From: an uncultured Methanosarcinaceae archaeon
Lineage (GTDB): Archaea > Halobacteriota > Methanosarcinia > Methanosarcinales > Methanosarcinaceae
Assembly (NCBI GenBank): GCA_963733675.1
Contig: CAVTET010000012.1
Span: forward strand, 96,001 to 160,000
Direction: 5' to 3'
DNA: 64,000 nucleotides
The notes under the pieces are model-generated. The model was not told the origin of the DNA. It did no database searches and saw only the letters and a list, made by a program, of their open reading frames with translations. Below are positions 57,199 to 64,000 of the stretch, piece by piece. Position numbers and translations under genes: made by a program. Positions within the stretch are counted from its first letter, which is position 1. Each line of letters starts with the position of its first letter.

Positions 57199-59937
57199 TT
57201 AGGTTCTTCGATATGCTTCAAGTCTTATTCTCTTGCTTTTGTCATATCTAAACCTCTTTTATCAATAGTTTTTCTTAATCCATATTCAGCAGTAACATAT
57301 ACAATATAATTATATAAAGTATCAAAAAAGAGTCCAGTTATCTGTTAGATAATTATGTACTAGATTCATCTAGTGGGTTAGTTGATATATTTGAAGATTA
57401 TTCCTTGATCAATGTTACAGAATATGTTGTTTATTTAATTGAGATCTATATGTTATGACTTTTCTATTTCGAGATTTTCAGGAATAATTTAGTGTTTAAC
57501 CTTCTGTTCTCCTGGATCAATGTTTGAATTTTAATCTCCGGATTATGCACATGTTTTACTATAAAACTATGCATTAGTGCAAACCAAGGAATCCCGTTTT
57601 AGGAAATGGATGAAGAAAAGCCATTTTTACAAAACTTTCAATACATTCCTATTTAATTAGAATCGATCAGGAAGGTATTGAATTTCGCTATGTTTTTCTT
57701 ACTATTCTTTTACATTTACTGGGATGTAATCGATATAAGCGTGTGTATTCACATGCTGTTTGGAATGGTTAAATTCACGGAAACATAGGCTAAAAATCAG
57801 TGGCCCCAAAAAAATATGATCTGTTAGTATTGCAAGTCTATAACAATCTTGAACGATTATTAGTTATATTTATAACAGTTAATTGCATAATGTTATTTAA
57901 TGCAGTCTGAGTACTGCTACAAAGCTGCTGGTGCTCGGATCAACTGAATCAGTTAAATGCTAACAAAGATTTTAGTTATCTATTGGAAAAAAGTATAAAT
58001 TTTAACAAAATCGCCGTGATTACTAAATATCGAAAAAAGAGAAGTATCAAAATTGAGCTTAAAATAATAACTATTCAGACTAGTTAAAACAAGTTCAATG
58101 TCTCTTCTTACATAAATATACAGCAAAAAATTTTTTGAGTTTATTTTATTTAGCTGTTGTCTATTAATCTTTTCATCTTTCCATACGTTAGCAATCAGAT
58201 AGACTGAGTAGTTACTTCTTTGTGTTATAGCCGACCCAGACAAGGTAGTCAATATCAACTGTATACACATTTTTTGATTTACGTCCGAACTTTTCAAATC
58301 TGTGGGCGATAATTCAAATTCTATATCTACTTTTTATAGCCTTATTAAACAATAATAGACGTCATGATAGCTAAAGTTGGGAACTGTTTGAAAAATAAAA
58401 CCGATAACTCTAAAAAATTTTAATATTAATCGATGATATCGATATAATGACTCACAAAATGTATTTCGTTATACTGCCATGTACATAATAGGACAGTAAT
58501 CAAAACAGAAGATTAAGGAGTATATAGCACATTTTGGATAAAATTATGCATTCTGCCAAATCAAGCGCATTAAAAAAAATTGGATAAAAATTTGGAAGAG
58601 TTGTGTATACTGTCGCAGCAGAAACAGTCACTTTAAATATATGCACCCAATAGTATATTTAATTCGAAATAAGATTAACGTCTTACACGCAATTCAACTT
58701 TATCGATTAGTTCTTAGTCTTTTAAAGTGTCTGTTCGGTTTGTAATACAATATACAATTATCTGCCGAATTACTTTAAATTAATAATATGAAAAATAGTT
58801 TCTAAACGAAAAACAATACCGTATAGTATTTTTCACAATCAAAAAACAATTAAATATTAATAATAATTTTTTAGTGTTTCCTAAGTCTTCAAAGTTTTAA
58901 AAGTAGGTAAATTACCGTTATTCTAGCAGTGATTTTTGCAGCATCTCGCTAGTGTCGATCCTATGGGTTACTAATATAATATATTATAGGGACATTTTTC
59001 GATTATTTTGTTAGTTGTTCTTACTCGCAAATTTCTTCTTCTATAAAATATATATGTATCTTTCCGTCTGGATCGATGTAAAAATCCATTTCGCCATATT
59101 TTGTTTCAAGTGAATGCATGTTGAGATCCTTTTGTATATTTATATCCGTATCTTAATTTTGTTTTGTTTCATAGAGTGTATAATTTTTATGATCTTCTTG
59201 GCTCCTACTGGTTGATAGCCCTGCAATTATCTAGCTAAATATAATGCAATACCAACAATTTCAGAGCATAAAACTTGAAATTAAACAGAAGTAGTATACA
59301 TTGCAAATACATAGCCTTATTATGTGCGCCATTCAAAGTATACTAGTGCATTGGTGCAATGGAATGCACAATACTTTTCTCTATTTAAACTGATATTTTC
59401 ATGTATCTAAACAATTTAGTACATATTTTGATAGTAATTAATCAAGGATTAGTCTTCACAGGTGGTATTTATTAAAATAAACATTAGTTTAGTGTGTTTG
59501 TTTGTCGATTAATTTTTTTTTCATGGGAAATGCACTATGGACTTAATTCGAGCGCGCAAATTTAAATTTGTTCAATTCTATAGTTGGCTATCTGCCATTT
59601 GAGTGTAAGACAGTTAATTAAGTTTTATAAAAGCGTATCGATTTATTTGTAAAAAATTGCCATGCATGTCCATAAATTGAGAAAACAACCTAGGAATTAA
59701 TTCAAATTGATAAACCACAGTCTCAAATGATGCCGAAATAAACTAGATAATTAATATAAAAAAGCCACGCTTAATTAAAAATCATCAAATAAATAGGTAC
59801 GGCCAAATATTTCACGGAAATCATCATGATCTAGGCTACGGTCTCTATCGTGATCAAGCTCTCTGCTGTGATCTCTTCCGCAATCATCAAGGACACCATA
59901 ACATCTACCAAACTAATAATAAAAATGAAACAAAATT

Positions 59938-60791
59938 GGTTCCGTTGCAAAAAATCCAAAAAAATATGTAAATCTATAGGTCATGAATAAAAATCAAAAT
60001 ATCCAAAAAAAATGTACTAACATTATAAAACTATACCAAACAATTGATTAATGTATTTGACTTCATTAAGAACAGAGTAATTTAGATTATTGACTTGTTT
60101 TTTTTGATCATATTCATAGCTTCAATTCCTTTTAAAGTCTTATTAGCAGATCGAAAAGACTGAAATCCTAACATTGGATTAACGATTCGCTTTATAGATC
60201 TATGATCTTGTTCTATAATGTTATTCAAATACCTCACTTGTCTAATTTCAACATTTTTAAACAAGTTCTTCTCATTTTTCAGTTTATCTATAGCAGGTGG
60301 ATAAGCTGGATTTTTATCAACGGTTATTACTCTTGGAATTTGATTATGATTAGAACTTAAAGCCTTTTTAAAGAATCTATTCGCTGCTTTTCTATCTCGT
60401 TTTGAACTTAACATGAAATCAATTGTATCTCCATTTGAATCAACTGCTCGGTAAAAATATTTCCATTTACCTTTTACTTTGATATAGGTTTCATCAACTC
60501 TCCACGAATCATTTGTTGGTCTTAAATGTCTTCTTATCTTCGTTTCTATTTCAGGGGAATATTGATGTACCCATCTCATGATTGTTGTATGGTCGACTTT
60601 TACTCCTCTTTCTACCATCATTTCCTTTAAATTTCTATAGCTCAATGGATATTTTAAGTACCATCTTACATTTAATAAGATAATTTCTCCTTCATAATGC
60701 TTTCATTTAAAGGAATCAGATAGCATATTACTATCTTTGGTTTTCTTTTTATTCTATTGTATCATTAGAAAGGATTTTTTGCAACGGAACC
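59938..60791 (-). mobile_element. IS6-family element copy 7; early TGA plus C-terminal frameshift
   Basis: Both TIRs; codon 8 TGG>TGA; shares its frameshift and KNEKNLFKN block with copy 6. Confidence 0.95.
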
Positions 60792-61314
60792 TGCGTAAAA
60801 ATTGGAATAGACGAAGTTACTTTTTTTGGATTTACTCCAGATAACACAAAAAGACCTGAAGATCAAAAAAAGCGTTTGTAGATGCTTGTATAAAATCAGT
60901 TAAAGAAATTGCTAAATTTGATGCCGAAATACTTGTAGCAGGGAATACTAATTCGAATATCTTTCCTGAAGAGCTACTTGCATATACAAACAAGACTAAA
61001 GTTGGGCAAGGTAAAATAAAGATAAATTTTTTGATAAATTATGGCTGGTATTGGGACTTAATGCATGCATTTGACAGATCTTCAGATAAAAATGTAGTAG
61101 AAAACATTGCATCAGTAGATATCTCAAGAATAGATTTACTTATTCGCTGAGGAGGGATATGTAGACTCAGTGGAATGCTTCCAATTTAGACGGTGTACTC
61201 AGACATTACTCAGACATATATGTAGTTGATGAAATGTGGCCAGATTTTAAACCGGAACACTTGTATAATGCATTAAAGTTTCATCAAAATCAGGATATTA
61301 CATTAGGTGGGTAA
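60792..61314 (+). pseudogene. cis-prenyltransferase (undecaprenyl diphosphate synthase family), 5'-truncated by IS6
   Basis: FFGFTPDNTKRP, FLINYGW, IDLLIR*GG.CRLSG, WPDF; stops, frameshift and an 11-bp tandem duplication TACTCAGACAT. Confidence 0.82.
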
Positions 61315-61419
61315 AAAAATAGTTCGCCTCTTATTATTCCTATGAAAAATTAAATCTCCAATACTGTTTTTCATGATTCATTAATGTGTGTTGCATCCTG
61401 AAATGATTTAACATATTCT

Positions 61420-61640
61420 AGAATGTAGATACGTTATTGTTGTAACGGCCACATTAGTAGTGGTGATGCCAATAGAGATTGCCCTAGACATAGTAACCGT
61501 CGTGGTAGCTGTAATAACCCCAGCACGGTAGTCAGGGCAATGGCGGCCACTACTGCGACGCGTTGTGCAACACTAACTGCTGCTGAAGTTACTTATAATA
61601 CGAAAAGAACTACCAGCAAAATAGCCAGTACCTTTTTCAT
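61420..61640 (-). pseudogene. Small secreted-protein remnant
   Basis: MKKVLAILLVVLFVL*VTSAAVS signal peptide with an in-frame TAA; 3' boundary approximate. Confidence 0.4.
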
Positions 61641-61865
61641 TCTATAAAGTACTTTAGATAAATTAGTTCCAACTGTTCCATAAGCTCAATATGTTCTATG
61701 AGTCACATAAGATTCATGAGTCTAGACCAACGAAGCTTTCTCTTTTCATATAGAACTTAGAAAATTCATAGATTTTAACATAAAAACTATGTGTTTTATT
61801 TTTTGGCAGCAACCATTATACTTAATACTGATGCACAAAAATGAAAAGAAATATTCAAATGTTTT

Positions 61866-62540
61866 ATGCTGGTAAAGAAAAACAGGAGCAATTGTGTGAA
61901 AAATTGGTTGAGGGCAGAGAAAGAGTTGAATTATAGAATTAAACAAGAAGCAAATAATTTAATAAACAAAGGTTATAATTGGCAAGTTTCAGTGGAGAAA
62001 GCTAAAAACATCGTTAAATCAGAAATCGAGTTTCGCGCTTATTTAATATGCTGTGCAACTAAAGACAATACTCTGGATAACTGGTTAAAAGCAGAGAGCG
62101 AGTTTTATAAAAGGGCAGAGATTTGCAGTAATTGCGAAGAGTATGCCCAAAAGTTGTTACAAAAAACGAACAATCAATTGGATCAAAATGCTGCATCTGT
62201 GTGGGCAAAAATTGAATTTATAAGAGTCAAAGCTTATTTTATTTGGAAAAACGCTAGTAATATGGAATTTGAGTGGTATGATTCAGAAAAATACTTTGTA
62301 AATAGAATAATTGAAAAGTCTAAAAAAATATTGAATAGTCAACGATATTTATCACAAGAAGAAGCAATTTATTGTTCGTATGACCAGTTCTATAAAGAAA
62401 TAAAACTAATAGCAGAGGTAAAAAGAGAATGGGTTTCTGAACGAGCTTACTATATTTCGCGACAGTACCCTAATTATTCTGAAGAACATAATTGGTATCG
62501 TGCAGTACAAGAATTCGACGCTGAAAATTCAAGAAGGTGA
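61866..62540 (+). CDS. Protein with tandem DUF2934-like (RAY..W..AE) motifs
   Basis: NWLRAEKEL; IEFRAYLIC..DNWLKAESE; IRVKAYFIW..EWYDSEK; VSERAYYIS..HNWYRAVQE. Confidence 0.6.
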   Translation: MLVKKNRSNCVKNWLRAEKELNYRIKQEANNLINKGYNWQVSVEKAKNIVKSEIEFRAYLICCATKDNTLDNWLKAESEFYKRAEICSNCEEYAQKLLQKTNNQLDQNAASVWAKIEFIRVKAYFIWKNASNMEFEWYDSEKYFVNRIIEKSKKILNSQRYLSQEEAIYCSYDQFYKEIKLIAEVKREWVSERAYYISRQYPNYSEEHNWYRAVQEFDAENSRR

Positions 62541-63470
62541 AAAATAGCGATGGGGTATAGTTTCCGCGATATGATTATTATTTCCCAAGTTCGAGTAGTA
62601 GCTCTGAGCATCTTATTACCAATAGTTCTGCAGTGTATTGAAAGTTCTGTAAAAATGACTGTTCTCAATCTATTTTATTACAAAACAGAATTTCCTGATT
62701 TTCACTGATACATAGGTTTTATAGCAAAAACTGTGTATCAACTAAACAATAAAAACGTAGTTTAGTTAGCACAACCATTGGCTTGACATCATGCTTTTTG
62801 CAGTGAAAAAAAGATGCAGAGTCCGTCAGAAAGAAGTACGGAAAGACAATCGGTATGATCAACCTATTCGAGCTGATCGCGATTCTACATCTTCAGAGGA
62901 GGCTTAAAGCCTTAACTTAACGTCGAAGAAGTAGAATCGGCTCTTGTGACCGCGACGTCGGCGCCTTATATCGCTTTCACTCAACTCATTACTCTACCCA
63001 ACCTCACTTGGGAAAGCCGTCAGTGTCATGCCATAAAATTTGCAAGCGGTGACAACCCTGGATGACCGGGTGTATATTTTCTAGGGGATGCCCACGCAAT
63101 AACAGCAATGTTTATCCTAAAACGTAGCTGTTCTTTGGGTTTTTGAAGTATACGATAACTCGATACTGTTGATCTTTGATTAAGAAATTTTCGTGCCTGA
63201 AGGGTCGATTTAAAAGCAAAAATTATTTCAAAGTTTCGAGCACTGAAACTTAGATAGATATCAATTCTACCTTCAAATCGCAGATGTTTTGAAAAGATTT
63301 TATGAATGTTGATATAATTTATAAAAATTCCTCACTTAACCGATGACTTATGAATTCTAGTTATATTTTTAGATTTTATAATAATTATAATATATTTTGA
63401 ATCTATATAATTAGATATTATTGGAGCTTCAACATATAGTTATAGCACAAAAATAAAAGAGTTGAAAAGA

Positions 63471-64000
63471 GTGAAAAGCAAACTAGAACTTCCTCCGCTT
63501 CATAAGCTTGGGGCTTGGGGAGATAAGCAGGATTCTAAATTTGTCAACTTTGGAATGTTTTTGCCGAAAATATCGGCAGAAGAAGGAAATCGACTGTGGG
63601 TGAAAGTTATTCATGAGAAGGACCAGTTCCTCCAGGATATACAACCCAAAAGTTTTGAAATGCAGCATTCAGAGGACCTGGAATATGGAGATTACTGGTT
63701 TGCAGCGATACCTATTATATCCACAGACGAGTCAAAAAAATATTCTGCATGGGGAACTCCTGGAAAATATGTTTACCGATATTATCTTGAAAATTCTGAA
63801 AAACAAGGATCTATTGACTGGATTATCGATCCTTTTGCCAGGGAGTTTGGAGTCGGTAAGTTCTCTGCATTTACCCTCGGGTGTGAACCTTATGTATGGA
63901 GCAAGAACGAAACTGTATGGAAAACACCCTTATTAAACGAAATCATTCTCTACGAACTGATGGTCAATGAGTTTGCAGATGATATCGACGGAACGATTGA
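63471..64000 (+). CDS. GH13 alpha-amylase-family enzyme (branching/debranching-like), 5' part
   Basis: Manual open frame from GTG 63471 to the window end: KLGAW..VNFGMFLP, YVYRY, IIDPFAREFG, IILYELMVNEF. Confidence 0.75.
   Translation, partial: MKSKLELPPLHKLGAWGDKQDSKFVNFGMFLPKISAEEGNRLWVKVIHEKDQFLQDIQPKSFEMQHSEDLEYGDYWFAAIPIISTDESKKYSAWGTPGKYVYRYYLENSEKQGSIDWIIDPFAREFGVGKFSAFTLGCEPYVWSKNETVWKTPLLNEIILYELMVNEFADDIDGTI

Noticed and set aside
49887-60791. IS6 copies 6 and 7 as a composite transposon
   Set aside because: Inverted orientation with no matching 8-bp flanks (CTAATTGT/ATAATTAC versus ACAAAATT/TGCGTAAA); cargo looks like ordinary chromosomal genes.
62780-63130. GC-richer patch as an ncRNA or foreign gene
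   Set aside because: No convincing ORF, tRNA fold or recognisable motif; left unassigned (needs BLASTX/Infernal).

Overview
AT-rich window from a Methanosarcina-like methanogen. Marker genes include atwA, a presenilin-type protease, DGGGP synthase, an iscS/iscU/dsrE/tusA/thiI sulfur-relay locus and methanogenesis marker 16. The region is heavily decayed: six IS6 elements (one intact transposase), an IS6-ended mini-element, two IS5 relics, two MITE families, and more than a dozen pseudogenes (metX, metY, GH15, marker 16, dsrE, sensor kinase, antiporter, cis-prenyltransferase, UV glycosylase, integrase). Against this background one large accessory system is intact. It is a single-module membrane NRPS of the epsilon-poly-L-lysine synthetase (Pls) architecture (40087-44208), with a manually read lysine-type A-domain code (DAESIGTVIK), an adjacent Sfp-type PPTase and an (AATA)19 microsatellite upstream. 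It is a candidate archaeal homopoly(amino acid) system. All calls come from reading the sequence; no database searches were run.
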